Of a stretch of DNA of 64,000 nucleotides, positions 28,521 to 40,966 are shown in pieces; position 1 is the stretch's first letter; each line of letters opens with the position of its first letter. The stretch comes from Candidatus Hydrogenedentota bacterium (GTDB lineage Bacteria; Hydrogenedentota; Hydrogenedentia; Hydrogenedentales; JAEUWI01): positions 111,821 to 175,820 of the forward strand of contig JAXMOL010000009.1 of the NCBI GenBank assembly GCA_034669905.1, written 5' to 3'. The translations under genes and the position numbers were made by a program. A model generated the notes under the pieces. It had not been told where the DNA came from. It saw nothing but the letters and a program-made list of their open reading frames with translations, and made no database searches.

Positions 28521-29792
28521 TCAGGAGGCGGTGATGGCGTCCAGGCCACCCATATAGGGCCGCAATACGTCGGGTATTTTTACCGAGCCGTCGGCCTGCT
28601 GGTAGTTTTCCAGCACGGCGACGAGGGTGCGACCTACGGCAAGGCCCGAGCCATTGATGGTGTGCACGAACTCAGGCTTCTTATCGCGCTTGAACCGGAT
28701 GTTGGCCCGGCGCGCCTGGTAGTCGAGGAAATTGGAACAGGAGCTGATTTCCCGGAACGCATTCTGCCCGGGGAGCCAGACCTCAAGATCGTAGGTTTTC
28801 GCCGCGCTGAAGCCGAGATCGCCCGTGCAGAGGGTCATGACCCGGTAGGGGAGCTTGAGTGCCTGCAAAATGGCCTCGGCATTCTGGGTCAGTTTCTCCA
28901 GTTCATGCCAGCTGTCTTCCGGCCGCACAAACTTCACCATCTCCACCTTATTGAACTGGTGTTGACGAATCATTCCCCGGGTATCCTTCCCGTGGGAGCC
29001 CGCTTCACTGCGGAAGCAGGGGGTATAGGCCGTGTAGTACAGGGGGAGGTCGGCATCTTTCAGGATTTCATCCCGGTGGATGTTGGTGACCGGCACTTCC
29101 GCCGTCGGAATCAGCCAGTAATCGGAATTTTCGATCTTGAAGCTGTCTTCCGCGAATTTCGGAAGTTGGCCCGTGCCCCGCATGCTATCCGAATTCACCA
29201 TGAAAGGCGGCAACATTTCGGTGTAGCCATGGGTGCCCGTGTGCATGTCGAGCATGAGATTGATCAGGGCACGCTCCAGCCGTGCGCCGGCCCCTTTGCC
29301 GAGACAAAAGCGTGCGCCGGTGAGCTTGGCCGCACATTCAAAATCGAGGATGTTGAGATCTTCTCCCAGGGCCACGTGATCTTTCGCTTCAAAGTCGAAC
29401 TCAGGGATCTCCCCCCAGGCACGCTCTTCGCGGTTGGCGCTTTCGTCCAATCCCTCGGGAAGGCTCTCATCCGGCAGGTTGGGAAGGCGGAGCAGGAGGT
29501 CCGTTAAGGTAGCATCTACCGTGCGAACCTGCTCTTCCAGCGCCGCGATCTTATCTTTGATACCCTTCATGGCGGCAATGGCCTCGCTTGCATCTTCCTT
29601 GGCCTTCTTGGCGGCACCAATGGCCTGGCTGGCCACGTTCTGCTCGGCGCGGAGTTGTTCCATCTCGTGCACCAGGCTGCGGCGCTTGCCATCTTCTTCC
29701 AGGATAGCCTCGACGGAGAAGGAGCCCCCCCGTTTGGCGAGGGCTGCGGTCACGGTGTCGGGGTCCTGGCGGAGAAGCTTGATGTCCAACAT
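28521..29792 (-). CDS. serS: Serine--tRNA ligase
   Basis: [37 protein letters not shown]. Confidence 0.98.
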   Translation of the reverse strand: MLDIKLLRQDPDTVTAALAKRGGSFSVEAILEEDGKRRSLVHEMEQLRAEQNVASQAIGAAKKAKEDASEAIAAMKGIKDKIAALEEQVRTVDATLTDLLLRLPNLPDESLPEGLDESANREERAWGEIPEFDFEAKDHVALGEDLNILDFECAAKLTGARFCLGKGAGARLERALINLMLDMHTGTHGYTEMLPPFMVNSDSMRGTGQLPKFAEDSFKIENSDYWLIPTAEVPVTNIHRDEILKDADLPLYYTAYTPCFRSEAGSHGKDTRGMIRQHQFNKVEMVKFVRPEDSWHELEKLTQNAEAILQALKLPYRVMTLCTGDLGFSAAKTYDLEVWLPGQNAFREISSCSNFLDYQARRANIRFKRDKKPEFVHTINGSGLAVGRTLVAVLENYQQADGSVKIPDVLRPYMGGLDAITAS

Positions 29793-29892
29793 GAATGGGC
29801 GTTCCTTGTGTCTGGAGAATTGCGGTATTGTTAATAGAAGGGGCGTTATGCGCAGGTGCCCGGCGAGCAACCGGTTCGAAGGGGGCGGAGGC

Positions 29893-30801
29893 TCAGTTAC
29901 GGATTAGGGCGAGCAGCCGTTCCAGTTCGTCCAGATTGTAGTATTCGATCTCGATTTTACCCTTGCCGCCCTGCTGGGTTTTCAGTTGTACCTTCGTGCC
30001 CAGTGCGCGCCGTAGATCATCTTCCAATTGGGCAATATTGGGATCCCGAGGGGCCGCTGCGGCGGTGTTGCGCTCCGCCTTGCTCGCGTTGGCAAGTTTT
30101 TCGACTTGGCGCACCGACAGCCCCTGGGCGATAATCTTGCGGGCGATGGATACCTGGGCGGATGCGGTGGGAAAGGCCAGGATGGCACGGGCATGTCCCA
30201 TAGATAGTGAGCCGTCCGCGACTTGCTCCTGGACTACCTCCGGCAGGTTCAGCAGGCGCAGCATGTTGGTGACTGTTGCACGCTTTTTGCCCACTTCCTG
30301 GGAGACTTCTTCCTGGGTCCAGCCGAACTCTTCCATCAGATCCTGGTAGCCCTGGGCCATTTCGATGGCGTTCAGGTCTTCCCGCTGGATGTTCTCAATA
30401 AGCCCCAGCTTAAGCATATCGCGGTCGGAGACTTCCCGACACACCGCTGGAATGACCGACATGTTGGCCATGACACTGGCACGAACACGGCGTTCACCGC
30501 TGATAAGTTCGTAGTGGTCACCAGCCTTGCGTACAAGGACCGGCTCCTGGACGCCGTCGCGTGCGATGGAAGCAGCAAGTTCCTGCAGGGCCTCCTCGTT
30601 AAAGAGGTGACGGGGCTGCTTGGGGTTGGGACGGATCTCCGTGGGATCCAACTCAATCAGTTGGGCACCATCCGACAGGGCCGCGATGGCCGGCGCGGGC
30701 GCAGGTTCTGCCGTGCGGGCCGTTGAGGCGTTGTCCATGGCGTTGCTGCCGATGAGGGCGCCGAGGCCTTTTCCCAAACCTTTGCGTTTTGCACTAGCCA
30801 C
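29893..30801 (-). CDS. parB: Chromosome partitioning protein ParB
   Basis: [39 protein letters not shown] start after GGAGG. Confidence 0.95.
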   Translation of the reverse strand: MASAKRKGLGKGLGALIGSNAMDNASTARTAEPAPAPAIAALSDGAQLIELDPTEIRPNPKQPRHLFNEEALQELAASIARDGVQEPVLVRKAGDHYELISGERRVRASVMANMSVIPAVCREVSDRDMLKLGLIENIQREDLNAIEMAQGYQDLMEEFGWTQEEVSQEVGKKRATVTNMLRLLNLPEVVQEQVADGSLSMGHARAILAFPTASAQVSIARKIIAQGLSVRQVEKLANASKAERNTAAAAPRDPNIAQLEDDLRRALGTKVQLKTQQGGKGKIEIEYYNLDELERLLALIRN

Positions 30802-31552
30802 GGGCAATTACCTCCCGGGCGAGGGAAAGATAGCTTTGGGCACCGGAGCTCTTCAGGTCGTAATAAATCACGGGTTTTCCAAAACTCGGGGCTTCACTTA
30901 AGGTGACATTGCGGGGGATGATGGTCTGGAATACCGACTCACCCAGGTGTCCGCGCACGTCGTCAATCACTTGCTTGCACAGATTGGTGTGCTGATACAT
31001 GGTGAGCAGTACGCCGAAAACCGACAGGTCGGGGTTGAGGTTGTCCCGCACCAGGATGACGGTTTGAAGGAGCTCGCTCAGCCCTTCCAGGGCGTAATAT
31101 TCGCACTGGAGGGTGACCAGGATACCGTCCGCCGCCACGAGTCCATTCAGCGTAAGAATGCTGAGGGAAGGGGGGCAATCGATAAAAATGTAGTCAAACT
31201 CTTCCCGGAGCTCAGCCAACTGGGTCTTCAGGCGATATTCACGGGCTTCTTCATCGACCAGTTCCACTTCCGCCCCTACCAGTTCACGGTTGGCGGGCAG
31301 AATGTAGAGATTATCCCACTCCGTTTCCAACATGATTTCGGACGGATGCGTGCTGTTGACCAGGAGGTCATAGACGCTGGCTTCGATGCTGTTCTTGTCG
31401 ATACCGAGGCCCTGGGTGGCATTCCCCTGGGGGTCGAGGTCGATGAGGAGGGTGGTCTTCTCTGCGGCAGCCATGCAGGCAGCCAGATTGACCGACGTGG
31501 TGGTCTTCCCCACGCCCCCCTTCTGATTGGCTATAGCGATGACACGTCCCAA
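30794..31552 (-). CDS. parA: Chromosome partitioning ATPase ParA/Soj
   Basis: NQKGGVGKTT, DLDPQGN, IDCPPS, EYYALEG, LSEAPSFG. Confidence 0.96.
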   Translation of the reverse strand: MGRVIAIANQKGGVGKTTTSVNLAACMAAAEKTTLLIDLDPQGNATQGLGIDKNSIEASVYDLLVNSTHPSEIMLETEWDNLYILPANRELVGAEVELVDEEAREYRLKTQLAELREEFDYIFIDCPPSLSILTLNGLVAADGILVTLQCEYYALEGLSELLQTVILVRDNLNPDLSVFGVLLTMYQHTNLCKQVIDDVRGHLGESVFQTIIPRNVTLSEAPSFGKPVIYYDLKSSGAQSYLSLAREVIARG

Positions 31553-31659
31553 CGATCAGGCCCTAACGGTTTGGCTGCAGAAATAGTGACTACATAAGGC
31601 GCGTATCATACGAACCTGCCCCCGTATAAGTCAATGTTCAGGCCCCCTGGATCCCCGGC

Positions 31660-32115
31660 TCAGGTGCCAAACTGCTTCAGGTGGTGCTCGAAATGCAGCA
31701 CATGGAAGCGATCCCAGCCATCAATATCCAAGCGGCCAAAGGTGGGGTGGGGGGCTGGCTGGAGTTCGTCGGCCTGCACCAGACCCAGGTATTCTTCCAC
31801 CAGGGCATGAAGGGTTTCCAGATCACCCGGTTCCCGGGTGCGCAGCCCTTGACGACGGAGCGAGCGGGCCGTGCGACTGTCTTTGGAAAGGGGGACCGCG
31901 CCAAAGAGGATCAGTGGCCGTGCAATATAGCGGGTGAAGCAATTCCCCACAAAGGGCACCGTGCGGGAGCGGCCCATGGAATGGCGCATGGCCCAGATGA
32001 GGTGCTCAATCAGGCCGTCGCGACTCAGATCTCCCCAGCGTGGCTCCGCGTCTTTTTTGATGCGCCCTAAGCGCTTTACCACCTCTTCCGCGTAATCCCC
32101 GTCAAAATGATGCAT
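31660..32115 (-). CDS. DinB/DUF1569-like protein
   Basis: PRWGDL, HPTFGRL, HFEHHLKQFG. Confidence 0.75.
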   Translation of the reverse strand: MHHFDGDYAEEVVKRLGRIKKDAEPRWGDLSRDGLIEHLIWAMRHSMGRSRTVPFVGNCFTRYIARPLILFGAVPLSKDSRTARSLRRQGLRTREPGDLETLHALVEEYLGLVQADELQPAPHPTFGRLDIDGWDRFHVLHFEHHLKQFGT

Positions 32116-32191
32116 ACCCTGACCTCATCCCTGCGTTTACTCCTCGTGCTAATGGTACCACGAAGTCCGCAGAATCTTACAAGAGAATGCG

Positions 32192-33301
32192 CTATTTCCC
32201 CGGCGTGAGCACCAGGTCTTTCCACGCGATCTGTGCCCCATCCCGGTGCATCTGCAACGTGATATACCCTTCCCGGATCTTGTCCAGTTTTTCAGATTCC
32301 GCCGATTTCTGCCCGTTGATGTACGTGACTACATGATTGTCGTGCACGAAGACCTGGAGCAGATTCCAATCGCCGGGGTTAAACAGGTCATCCCGACCCC
32401 GGACAAAACCGTAAATGCTTCCCGAGGGCATACCCACCCCGGGCAGGTCAAGGAGTTGAATCTCATTGCCCCGATCGGAATCATCGGTAAGCCAGCGGAA
32501 GAATACCCCGCCGTTGGCGGAAGAGGAGCACCGGTAATACATGCGAAGCGAAAAGTTTTGACACGGCTGAGAAAACTGAAGATAGCCGTTGCCCCCCGTG
32601 CCTACCAACACGCCGTCCTCCACCGTCCACCAGGCCCGCTTGTTGCGTACCGGGTTCCAGCCCGTCAGATCCCGCCCATTGAACATGACGACGGCGGGCT
32701 CGGTGTCGGGCAGGGGAGTGAGGGTCATGTTCCGAATGGTCATGCCCCAGCCCAGGTTGTTCTGAAAGCCGATATGTCCCCGCCGCAAGGTGTGGCGCAG
32801 CCGGGGATGGCTTTCCAGATCGATATCCTGCACCACCACGTCGTTGATCGTGACACGCAGTTGGGGCCAGTCCATCCATACATCGCAGGTGTTCCATTCG
32901 CCCGCTTCTTTGACGGCGACGCTCCGGGGAGCCACATGGCGAAAGAGGGCACCCGCCCGGAACGGATCAGGCGCGTCTCCGGCATGATCGGCCAGCTCAA
33001 TTTCAATGCCTGCCCGATAGGCGCCGTTGGAGGGGGCATGGATGTAGAGCCCCGATTCCTCCCACTGGTGGTAGTTAAAGTCGAAGCGGAGATGGAAATT
33101 CTCGTATTGCTCCCGGGTGAGAATGGCGGACGGCTCGCTCTGTCCCTGTTTGATGTGGAGCGTACCCTCCTCTATGGTGAAGGACACCGCCGACCCACTA
33201 TCGCGCTTCCAGGCTTGGGGGTCTTCGAGGGGGCGGAGGGGTTCGGCGAGGGCTGCGGGGCCACAAATGAGGGCGATGAGCATAAGCGTGCGGATGTTCA
33301 T
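32192..33301 (-). CDS. Secreted tandem DUF1080 (3-keto-disaccharide hydrolase-like) protein
   Basis: Signal peptide; two repeats containing GEWN/GDWN, GHIGFQ/GYITLQ; FNGRDLTGW. Confidence 0.8.
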   Translation of the reverse strand: MNIRTLMLIALICGPAALAEPLRPLEDPQAWKRDSGSAVSFTIEEGTLHIKQGQSEPSAILTREQYENFHLRFDFNYHQWEESGLYIHAPSNGAYRAGIEIELADHAGDAPDPFRAGALFRHVAPRSVAVKEAGEWNTCDVWMDWPQLRVTINDVVVQDIDLESHPRLRHTLRRGHIGFQNNLGWGMTIRNMTLTPLPDTEPAVVMFNGRDLTGWNPVRNKRAWWTVEDGVLVGTGGNGYLQFSQPCQNFSLRMYYRCSSSANGGVFFRWLTDDSDRGNEIQLLDLPGVGMPSGSIYGFVRGRDDLFNPGDWNLLQVFVHDNHVVTYINGQKSAESEKLDKIREGYITLQMHRDGAQIAWKDLVLTPGK

Positions 33302-33514
33302 AGGTCACTAACTCCGGGGTCCAGGTCATGTAGGGGTGATCAGGCGGGCACTATAACATGCTTTGCTGCTTATATTTAAACGGGGTCGGGTCTCAAAAAC
33401 ATACCAAATGGTATGTTTTTTTGGAGGGCTCAAGGGGGGGCGTGAGAAAAGTAGGATAATTTTGGGGCGAGTGTCGCCTTTAAGTTGTTTGACGTAAGGG
33501 TTTTGTGGCACATG

Positions 33515-33544
33515 TTGACATTTGGTCACTAAGTTCTGTATCAT
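33515..33544 (+). promoter_or_regulatory. Sigma70-type promoter for gltBD
   Basis: TTGACA-N18-TATCAT about 120 bp upstream of the gltB start. Confidence 0.5.
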
Positions 33545-33664
33545 ACGCTGTGGAATGAACTGCGGTTAATCACCCCGAATTTTGGGCTTCGGGAGTTGAT
33601 GGCCTACCTTGGTTGCACTGATTCCCTTTCCATGCACAACTGTTACTTATAAGGTGGATTCATT

Positions 33665-36600
33665 TTGTCTAATAGAACTATATCCCGGAGCGGGCTTTAT
33701 GAACCGTACTATGAGCACGATGCTTGTGGTATTGGGTTTATATGTAACATTGATGGGAACCGCTCCCATGAAGTAATCGCGAACGGCCTGCAGATCCTGG
33801 TTAATCTGACGCACCGTGGCGCCTGTGGTTGTGACCCGGAAACGGGCGACGGTTGCGGCATCATGCTTCATATTCCCCATGAGTTTTTCAAGGCGGAAGT
33901 GGCCGATCATGGATTTGAGTTGCCCAATGTGGGCGAGTATGGCGTCGGAATGGTGTTCCTGCCCCAGGACCGCGAATCCCGCGAATCCTGCATGCAGATT
34001 CTGAACAAGGCCATTCTCGAAGAAGATCAAGAGTTGCTGGGGTGGCGCGACGTGCCCCGGAATTCTGATGCGATTGGCTGGCTGGCCCGTGAAAACGAGC
34101 CCGTCATTCGTCAGGTGTTCATTCGCCGTGATGAAGGCCTGGATGTGGATGAGTTTGAACGCAAGCTCTACGTCATCCGGAAATCTGCCACCCACATGAT
34201 CGGGAACTCGGTCATTTCCGGTAAATCGGAATACTACGTGCCCAGCATGTCCGCCCGCACCATTGTGTACAAGGGACTGATGCTGCCCGACGCCATGGAT
34301 AAGTACTACCTTGACCTGGCCGACGAGCGCGCAACGAGTGGCATGGCCCTCGTCCACCAGCGCTACAGCACCAACACGTTGCCTGCCTGGCCCCTGGCGC
34401 AGCCCTTCCGCTTTCTGGCGCACAATGGCGAAATCAATACCCTGCGCGGCAATCTCAATATGATGGATTCGCGCGAGCAGCACTTTGACAGTGACCTCAT
34501 CGGCGATGACTTGAATAAGATCCGTCCCATCCTCAGCCCGGGAGCCAGTGACTCGGCCAACTTCGACAACGCCTTTGAGTTGCTGGTTCGGGGTGGTCGT
34601 GATGTCGATCATGCCATGGCCATGATGGTGCCCGAGCCCTGGAGTGGGCACGAATCCATGCCCGACGACAAAAAGGCTTTCTACGAATATCACGCCTGCA
34701 AAATGGAGCCGTGGGATGGCCCTGCCTCCATGGCCTTCTCCGACGGGGTTCGCATTGGCGCCGTGCTGGACCGGAACGGTCTTCGTCCTTCCCGTTATTG
34801 GGTGACGACAGATAATCAGGTCATCATGGCGTCCGAGGCGGGCGTCTTGCACCACATTACCAACGATAAAGTCGTCAAAAAAGGCCGCCTCGAGCCGGGC
34901 CGTATGTTCCTGGTGGACATGTCCGAAGGCCGTATCGTGGATGACGCGGAACTCAAATCGAAGTTTGCCACCCGGAATCCGTACCGGGAGTGGCTCGATA
35001 CCTACCGGGTCGAAATGCCGACAGACTTGCAGGATGTGGAGCCTGTCGTTGAAGATACGGGCTTGCTGGAGCGTCAGCAGGTGTTCGGCTATACGCGGGA
35101 AGACCTCGAGCTCATTCTTGCGCCCATGGCGGAAGACGGCAAAGAGCCCACCGGTTCGATGGGCAACGATGCCGCCCTCGCCGTCTTGTCGCCCCGTCCT
35201 CAGTTGCTTTTCAACTACTTTAAGCAGCTCTTCGCCCAGGTAACAAACCCGCCCATTGATCCCATTCGCGAAGACATTGTCATGTCGCTCGAGACCGATA
35301 TCGGGCGGGAAGGCAATCTCCTGGGAGAAACGCCCGAGGACTGTAAGCAGCTTCACCTGAAGTCGCCCTTGCTGACCAATGCCCAGCTCAACTTCATTAA
35401 GAAGTTGGATCGGGACGGGTTCCGCCCGGCCGTGGTTTCGATTCTCTTTGAGGTCGCCAAAGGCCCGTCCGGTATGGATCAGGCACTCCACGCTATCTGT
35501 AAAGAAGCGTTGAAAGCCCTGGAAGACGGCGCGACCATGCTTATCCTCTCGGACCGGGGCGTGTCGAAGACCCACGCAGCGATTCCAAGTTTGCTCGCTA
35601 CGGGCGCGGTACACCAGTACCTCGTGCACAAACATAAGCGGAGCGAGTGCGGCCTTATCGTGGAAACCGGAGAAGCGCGGGAAGTGATGCACTTCGCGTT
35701 GCTGACCGGCTATGGCGCGGGTGCCGTGAATCCCTATTTGGCCCTCGAGACCCTGGATGATCTCAAGCACCGTGAAATGGTCGTCGAGATGAAGCCGGGT
35801 AAGGCCCAGAAGAACTATATTAAGGCCGCCGAGAAGGGGCTGTTGAAAGTGATGTCGAAAATCGGCATTTCCACCCAGCAGAGCTATCGTTGCGCCCAGA
35901 TTTTTGAAGCAGTCGGGCTCAGCACGGCCCTGGTGGAGCGTTGCTTCTCCGGTACCGCTTCCCGTATCGAAGGAATTGGGGTCAAGGAAGTGGCGCAGGA
36001 AGTGCTCCTCCGTCATGCCATGGCCTATCCCGAAAAGCCTGCCCGCCGTCCGGAACTGGATGTAGGCGGAGCCTACCGCTGGCGTCGGCGCGGTGAATTC
36101 CACCAGTGGAACCCCGAAACGGTTGCCAAGCTGCAGCACGCCACCAGCCTGAACAATCAGCAGACCTACGACGAGTTCGCCGAAGAAGTGAACAATCGGG
36201 CACGGACCCTGGCGGCCCTCCGCGGTCTGTTGGAATTCAAGGATGGCAATGCCATTCCCCTGGAACAGGTCGAGCCGGCTTCAGAAATCGTGAAGCGCTT
36301 CTGCACCGGCGCCATGTCCTATGGCTCCATCAGTGGTGAGTCCCACGAGAATCTTGCCATCGCCATGAACCGTATCGGTGGCCGGAGCAATACGGGTGAA
36401 GGTGGGGAAGACCCCCGACGTTTTGAAAAAGACGAGAACGGCGACCTTCGGCGCAGTGCGATCAAGCAGGTGGCCTCAGGCCGCTTCGGTGTGACCAACG
36501 AATACCTGGTAAACTCCGACGAAATTCAGATCAAGATGGCCCAGGGCGCCAAGCCCGGTGAGGGGGGGCAGCTTCCCGGCCACAAGGTATTTGATAATAT

Positions 36601-38200
36601 CGCCAAGGTGCGTTACTCGACTCCCGGTGTGGAACTGATTTCGCCGCCGCCGCACCACGACATTTATTCCATCGAAGACTTGGCCCAGCTTATCCACGAC
36701 CTCAAGAATGCCAACGTTCACGGCAATGTTTCGGTGAAGCTGGTTTCGGAAGTGGGTGTGGGTACCATCGCCGCTGGTGTGTCGAAAGGTAAGGCCGATC
36801 TGGTGCTTATCAGTGGACACGATGGTGGTACGGGTGCCTCGCCGCAGACTTCCATCAAGTATGCGGGCCTTCCCTGGGAATTGGGGCTCTCCGAGACCCA
36901 CCAGGTGCTCGTGGAAAATGACCTGCGTGACCGCATTCGTGTGCAGGTAGATGGTCAGATGAAGACCGGTCGGGACGTCGCCATTGGCGCGTTGCTGGGC
37001 GCGGACGAGTTTGGCTTCGCAACTGCGCCGTTGATTGTCTCCGGTTGTATCATGATGCGTAAGTGCCACCTGAATACCTGCCCCGTAGGTATCGCGACCC
37101 AGGACCCCGAACTTCGGAAGAAGTTCAAAGGGAAACCGGAGCATGTGGTGAACTACTTCTTCTTCGTCGCCGAAGAGTGCCGGAAAATCATGGCACAGCT
37201 TGGCTTCCGTACGATGGAAGAGATGATCGGTCGGGCGGACATGTTGAAGTTTTCGCCCCTGCCGGAACACTGGAAAGCACGGCATCTCGATTTCTCCCGG
37301 GTGCTGCATGTGTCGAAGGCGTGGGAAAACTCCACCCTCTATCACAGTAAGACGCAGGACCACGGGCTCGAAGGCGCTCTGGATCACACCCTGATCAAGG
37401 AAGCCGCCGCTGCCCTGGAAAACAAGGAGAAGGTCCGTATTGCGGTAGACATCAAGAACGTCAACCGTACGGTCGGCACCATGCTTTCCAGCGAGCTGAC
37501 CCGGCGCCATGGACTGGGTATGTATAGTGGTGCGCTCCCCGAAGACACCATCTGGATAGATTGTAAGGGCGTCGGTGGCAACAGCTTTGGTGCCTTCGTC
37601 ATTCAGGGTGTTACCTTGAACATCATCGGGGAAAGCAACGACTACGTTGGCAAGGGGCTTTCCGGCGGTAAGATTATCGTGTCGCCGCCTTCCGATTTCG
37701 TCGGTAATCCATCCGAGAATATCATTATCGGCAACGTGGCCCTCTACGGGGCTACTTCCGGTAAAGCCTTTATTCGCGGTGTCGCAGGCGAGCGTTTCGC
37801 AGTGCGGAATAGTGGCGCCTGGGCGGTGGTGGAAGGCGTGGGTGACCACGGTTGTGAGTACATGACCGGAGGTCGTGTGGCGGTGCTGGGTGAAACTGGC
37901 CGTAACTTCGCCGCCGGTATGAGCGGTGGTATCGCCTACATCTACGACAAGAGTGGCTCCTTCTCCGTACGTTGCAATATGGGTAGCGTCGATCTGAAGG
38001 CGTTGCACGAAGAAAGTATTGTCGACTTGCGCACCATGCTGGAAGAGCACGTGAAATACACCGACAGCTCGGTCGCAAAGAAAATATTGGATAACTGGGA
38101 TGAGGAAGTACAGCGCTTTGTCCGGGTGATGCCGCGCGACTACGCCCGCGTCTTGAAGCAGCAGCAGCAGGAACAATCGGAGGTTACGCATGCTTCCTGA
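33665..38200 (+). CDS. gltB: Glutamate synthase large subunit
   Basis: EHDACGIGF (amidotransferase Cys), [37 protein letters not shown]. Confidence 0.98.
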   Translation: MSNRTISRSGLYEPYYEHDACGIGFICNIDGNRSHEVIANGLQILVNLTHRGACGCDPETGDGCGIMLHIPHEFFKAEVADHGFELPNVGEYGVGMVFLPQDRESRESCMQILNKAILEEDQELLGWRDVPRNSDAIGWLARENEPVIRQVFIRRDEGLDVDEFERKLYVIRKSATHMIGNSVISGKSEYYVPSMSARTIVYKGLMLPDAMDKYYLDLADERATSGMALVHQRYSTNTLPAWPLAQPFRFLAHNGEINTLRGNLNMMDSREQHFDSDLIGDDLNKIRPILSPGASDSANFDNAFELLVRGGRDVDHAMAMMVPEPWSGHESMPDDKKAFYEYHACKMEPWDGPASMAFSDGVRIGAVLDRNGLRPSRYWVTTDNQVIMASEAGVLHHITNDKVVKKGRLEPGRMFLVDMSEGRIVDDAELKSKFATRNPYREWLDTYRVEMPTDLQDVEPVVEDTGLLERQQVFGYTREDLELILAPMAEDGKEPTGSMGNDAALAVLSPRPQLLFNYFKQLFAQVTNPPIDPIREDIVMSLETDIGREGNLLGETPEDCKQLHLKSPLLTNAQLNFIKKLDRDGFRPAVVSILFEVAKGPSGMDQALHAICKEALKALEDGATMLILSDRGVSKTHAAIPSLLATGAVHQYLVHKHKRSECGLIVETGEAREVMHFALLTGYGAGAVNPYLALETLDDLKHREMVVEMKPGKAQKNYIKAAEKGLLKVMSKIGISTQQSYRCAQIFEAVGLSTALVERCFSGTASRIEGIGVKEVAQEVLLRHAMAYPEKPARRPELDVGGAYRWRRRGEFHQWNPETVAKLQHATSLNNQQTYDEFAEEVNNRARTLAALRGLLEFKDGNAIPLEQVEPASEIVKRFCTGAMSYGSISGESHENLAIAMNRIGGRSNTGEGGEDPRRFEKDENGDLRRSAIKQVASGRFGVTNEYLVNSDEIQIKMAQGAKPGEGGQLPGHKVFDNIAKVRYSTPGVELISPPPHHDIYSIEDLAQLIHDLKNANVHGNVSVKLVSEVGVGTIAAGVSKGKADLVLISGHDGGTGASPQTSIKYAGLPWELGLSETHQVLVENDLRDRIRVQVDGQMKTGRDVAIGALLGADEFGFATAPLIVSGCIMMRKCHLNTCPVGIATQDPELRKKFKGKPEHVVNYFFFVAEECRKIMAQLGFRTMEEMIGRADMLKFSPLPEHWKARHLDFSRVLHVSKAWENSTLYHSKTQDHGLEGALDHTLIKEAAAALENKEKVRIAVDIKNVNRTVGTMLSSELTRRHGLGMYSGALPEDTIWIDCKGVGGNSFGAFVIQGVTLNIIGESNDYVGKGLSGGKIIVSPPSDFVGNPSENIIIGNVALYGATSGKAFIRGVAGERFAVRNSGAWAVVEGVGDHGCEYMTGGRVAVLGETGRNFAAGMSGGIAYIYDKSGSFSVRCNMGSVDLKALHEESIVDLRTMLEEHVKYTDSSVAKKILDNWDEEVQRFVRVMPRDYARVLKQQQQEQSEVTHAS

Positions 38201-39704
38201 TAAAGAAAAAGGCTTTATGGTCTACGACCGCGAGGTCGCGCAGGACGAAGCACCAGAAGAGCGCTTGAAGCACTACAAAGAATTCTCAAATTCGTTGCCC
38301 CCGGAGCGAGTCACCGAGCAGGCGTACCGTTGCATGAATTGCGGTATTCCCTTCTGCCACAGTGGTTGCCCCCTGGGGAATCAGATTCCCGATTTCAACG
38401 AGTTGATGAAGGAAGACGATTGGGAAGAGGCGCTGCGCGTCCTTCATTCCACCAATAATTTTCCCGAGTTTACCGGTCGCGTGTGCCCCGCACCCTGCGA
38501 GACCGCGTGCGTGTTGGGTATTAACGAGCCCGCGGTTACGATCGAGATTAACGAGCGCGAAATTGCAGACCGCGGTTGGCGTGAGGGGTGGGTTACACCC
38601 CAGCCGCCGGCAGAGCGCACCGGCAAAACGGTCGCTATCATTGGCTCCGGTCCTGCCGGTTTGGCCGCCGCACAGCAGCTTAACCGCGCGGGTCACAGTG
38701 TCGTCGTCTATGAGCGCTCGGACGAGCCGGGTGGCCTGCTCATGTACGGCATCCCCAACTTCAAGCTGGACAAAGAAATCGTCCTCCGTCGTGTCGAACA
38801 AATGAAGGCCGAAGGGATCGAATTCATTTGTAACGCCGAAGTGGGGGTCGATGTGCCGACAAGCAAGCTCGACCAGTACGACGCCGTGGTTATCGCCATT
38901 GGCTCGACCAAGAGTCGTACCTTTGAAGGCATGAACGTGCCGGGCTCGGATCTCAAGGGAATTTACCCTGCCATGGATTTCCTGCCCCAGCAGACCCGCC
39001 GTGTCATGGGTAAGACCGTGAAGGAGGACGAGATCCTCGCCACCGACAAGCACGTCATCGTGATTGGTGGTGGTGATACGGGTTCGGACTGTGTTGGTAC
39101 GAGTCTCCGTCAGGGCTGTAAGTCCCTGATCAACCTCGAACTGATGCCGAAGCCTCCGGTGGAGCGCATCGCCAACAATCCCTGGCCCCAGTGGTCCTTT
39201 ATCTACCGCACCTCCTCCAGCCACAAGGAAGGCGGTGAGCGTAAATACAGTATTCTGACCAAGTCCTTCGAGGACGATGGCAATGGTAATGTGTGTGCGT
39301 TGCACACCGTCGAGCTGGAATGGGGTGAGCCGGATGAAACCGGTCGCCGTCAGATGCAGGAAGTACCCGGTACGGAAAAGCGTCTGCCCGCCGATCTGGT
39401 GCTGCTGGCCATGGGCTTTACCCAACCGGAGACGGATACGTTTGTCAGTGAGTTGGATCTGAAGCTGGAGCGCAACCGCTTTGGTCAGGGAATTGCCGCG
39501 AATACGAAGGACTTCAAAACGTCGAAGGAAAACTACTTCGTGGCGGGCGATGCCCGTCGTGGCCAATCCCTGGTAGTTTGGGCCATCCATGAAGGACGGG
39601 AAGCGGCCCGCGCCGTTGACCTCTATCTGATGGGAGAGTCCACCTTGCAAGCCCGTGATTCCCACGGCTACGACAGCCTTGCCCGTGAAGGACTCCCCGC
39701 GTAG
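38190..39704 (+). CDS. gltD: Glutamate synthase small subunit
   Basis: [46 protein letters not shown]. Confidence 0.97.
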   Translation: MLPDKEKGFMVYDREVAQDEAPEERLKHYKEFSNSLPPERVTEQAYRCMNCGIPFCHSGCPLGNQIPDFNELMKEDDWEEALRVLHSTNNFPEFTGRVCPAPCETACVLGINEPAVTIEINEREIADRGWREGWVTPQPPAERTGKTVAIIGSGPAGLAAAQQLNRAGHSVVVYERSDEPGGLLMYGIPNFKLDKEIVLRRVEQMKAEGIEFICNAEVGVDVPTSKLDQYDAVVIAIGSTKSRTFEGMNVPGSDLKGIYPAMDFLPQQTRRVMGKTVKEDEILATDKHVIVIGGGDTGSDCVGTSLRQGCKSLINLELMPKPPVERIANNPWPQWSFIYRTSSSHKEGGERKYSILTKSFEDDGNGNVCALHTVELEWGEPDETGRRQMQEVPGTEKRLPADLVLLAMGFTQPETDTFVSELDLKLERNRFGQGIAANTKDFKTSKENYFVAGDARRGQSLVVWAIHEGREAARAVDLYLMGESTLQARDSHGYDSLAREGLPA

Positions 39705-39725
39705 GAGTGCCACCGTGCTATTTTG

Positions 39726-39766
39726 AGGCCCGAAGACGCCGCTCACCGGCCGTTTTCGGGCCTTTT
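39726..39766 (+). terminator. Intrinsic terminator after gltD
   Basis: AGGCCCGAAGACG...CGTTTTCGGGCCT followed by TTT. Confidence 0.6.
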
Positions 39767-39979
39767 ACTGTCTTCCGGGAATTGCCCCGTCGTTTTTGTC
39801 ACCCTGCAGGGAACCTTTCACGTTATTCAGGTAATTAGACCAAGGGGCTGTAACATCCCCGAGGCGCCACAGGTACAGTAAGCAGAGAGGGCGACCGCCC
39901 GCCCAGGCAGACGGCTTCTACCACTGCGGACCGGTGTGCTATGCTTTGGGAAGCCCCGTGACTTAAAAGGAATAGACTG

Positions 39980-40141
39980 TTGAAACACTTGCATCTCCTG
40001 ACACGCGCGCCCCATCGGGCCGATGAGTTTACTACCGGCCAGAAACTGGCCCTGGCCTCTGGCATCGCCGGAGCACTCTCCAATTTTTACGCTACCAAGG
40101 AAGCGACCGATACGGACGATACGACCACCGAGACTACGTAA
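39980..40141 (+). CDS. Putative RiPP precursor peptide P1 (53 aa; not in ORF track)
   Basis: AAAAGGA RBS then TTG: MKHLHLLTRAPHRADEFTTGQKLALASGIAGALSNFYATKEATDTDDTTTETT. Leader shared with neighbours. Confidence 0.75.
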   Translation: MKHLHLLTRAPHRADEFTTGQKLALASGIAGALSNFYATKEATDTDDTTTETT

Positions 40142-40198
40142 GTAGGAAGTGTGGCACGGCGCTTTTTCCCGTCGAAAGACTCTTGAGAGGATACTGCA

Positions 40199-40387
40199 TT
40201 GAAACATATAACGCCCGTAAGTCGTGCGCCCCATCAGGCGCAGACGGAAGATTTCAGCCTGGCAGCAATATTTACGCTGCTCTCCGATATTCTGTTTGCC
40301 GTATCGACGGCCGTGATTGCGAAAGAGAGTTCTGACCTGACTGATTTGTCTGCTCTCCTGGGTGGTACCAGTTCCACCACGAGCTGA
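40199..40387 (+). CDS. Putative RiPP precursor peptide P2 (62 aa)
   Basis: GAGAGGA RBS then TTG: MKHITPVSRAPHQAQTEDFSLAAIFTLLSDILFAVSTAVIAKESSDLTDLSALLGGTSSTTS. Confidence 0.78.
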   Translation: MKHITPVSRAPHQAQTEDFSLAAIFTLLSDILFAVSTAVIAKESSDLTDLSALLGGTSSTTS

Positions 40388-40497
40388 TCGGCACCCTGCA
40401 TAGAGATACCCCACCATCGAGGCGCCAGACTTTCCGGTCTGTGCACGATTGCTTAGCAAGGGCGACAGGCCCTGCGAAGCGAGGAAGGAAGTAAATT

Positions 40498-40665
40498 ATG
40501 CGACACATGAAATACCTTTCCAAACGGCCAGAGCGGGCCCAGAGTTCCCTGTGCACCAGTATTGGAAGTGATTATCAGGCGCTCTTGTGCTTCATTATTG
40601 AAGCGCTGCAAACCGTGTTTCCGACATTTGCAGAATCCAAGACACCCACCCAGACGGAAACCTGA
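40498..40665 (+). CDS. Putative RiPP precursor peptide P3 (55 aa; not in ORF track)
   Basis: GAGGAAGGA RBS then ATG: MRHMKYLSKRPERAQSSLCTSIGSDYQALLCFIIEALQTVFPTFAESKTPTQTET. Confidence 0.75.
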   Translation: MRHMKYLSKRPERAQSSLCTSIGSDYQALLCFIIEALQTVFPTFAESKTPTQTET

Positions 40666-40670
40666 GTACG

Positions 40671-40883
40671 GTGGTGTCGTTGGGTCACACCCCTGTACCG
40701 GAGCGACGTCTCCGTTGTATCAGCCGCGTGCCGGAATGCGCCCAGGATCTGGCCCCGGAAGTGAAGTTGACCTTCCTCCGGGATCTGCTGGCGGTTGGGG
40801 GAGGATCTGACGTGTGGGTCGATGCCCTGACGGTGACCATCCCACTCTTTGTGAACAAAGATCCCCAGAATCCTGCTTCCTGA
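40671..40883 (+). CDS. Putative RiPP precursor peptide P4 (up to 70 aa; start uncertain, alternative TTG 40680)
   Basis: ...ERRLRCISRVPECAQDLAPEVKLTFLRDLLAVGGGSDVWVDALTVTIPLFVNKDPQNPAS. RRLRCISRVPECAQ aligns with the shared leader; RBS weak. Confidence 0.6.
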   Translation: MVSLGHTPVPERRLRCISRVPECAQDLAPEVKLTFLRDLLAVGGGSDVWVDALTVTIPLFVNKDPQNPAS

Positions 40884-40966
40884 ACGGGGCGGGTGGATTC
40901 AAACTTGTAGCATCTGCGAAAATATGGTCTAATAAGCGCGGATTGAGGACAAACCGGAGTGATTAC

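Noticed and set aside
29893..31660. parS site or replication origin near parAB
   Set aside because: No TGTTTCACGTGAAACA-like palindrome or DnaA-box cluster was seen by eye.
33647..39746. Long antisense ORFs opposite gltBD (and similar ones opposite pst, tolB and serS)
   Set aside because: Expected artefact of high-GC codon bias.
39980..40665. Daptide interpretation (hydrophobic precursors, some ending in Thr, plus CPBP)
   Set aside because: Only P1 and P3 end in Thr, and no oxidative decarboxylase, aminotransferase or methyltransferase is present.
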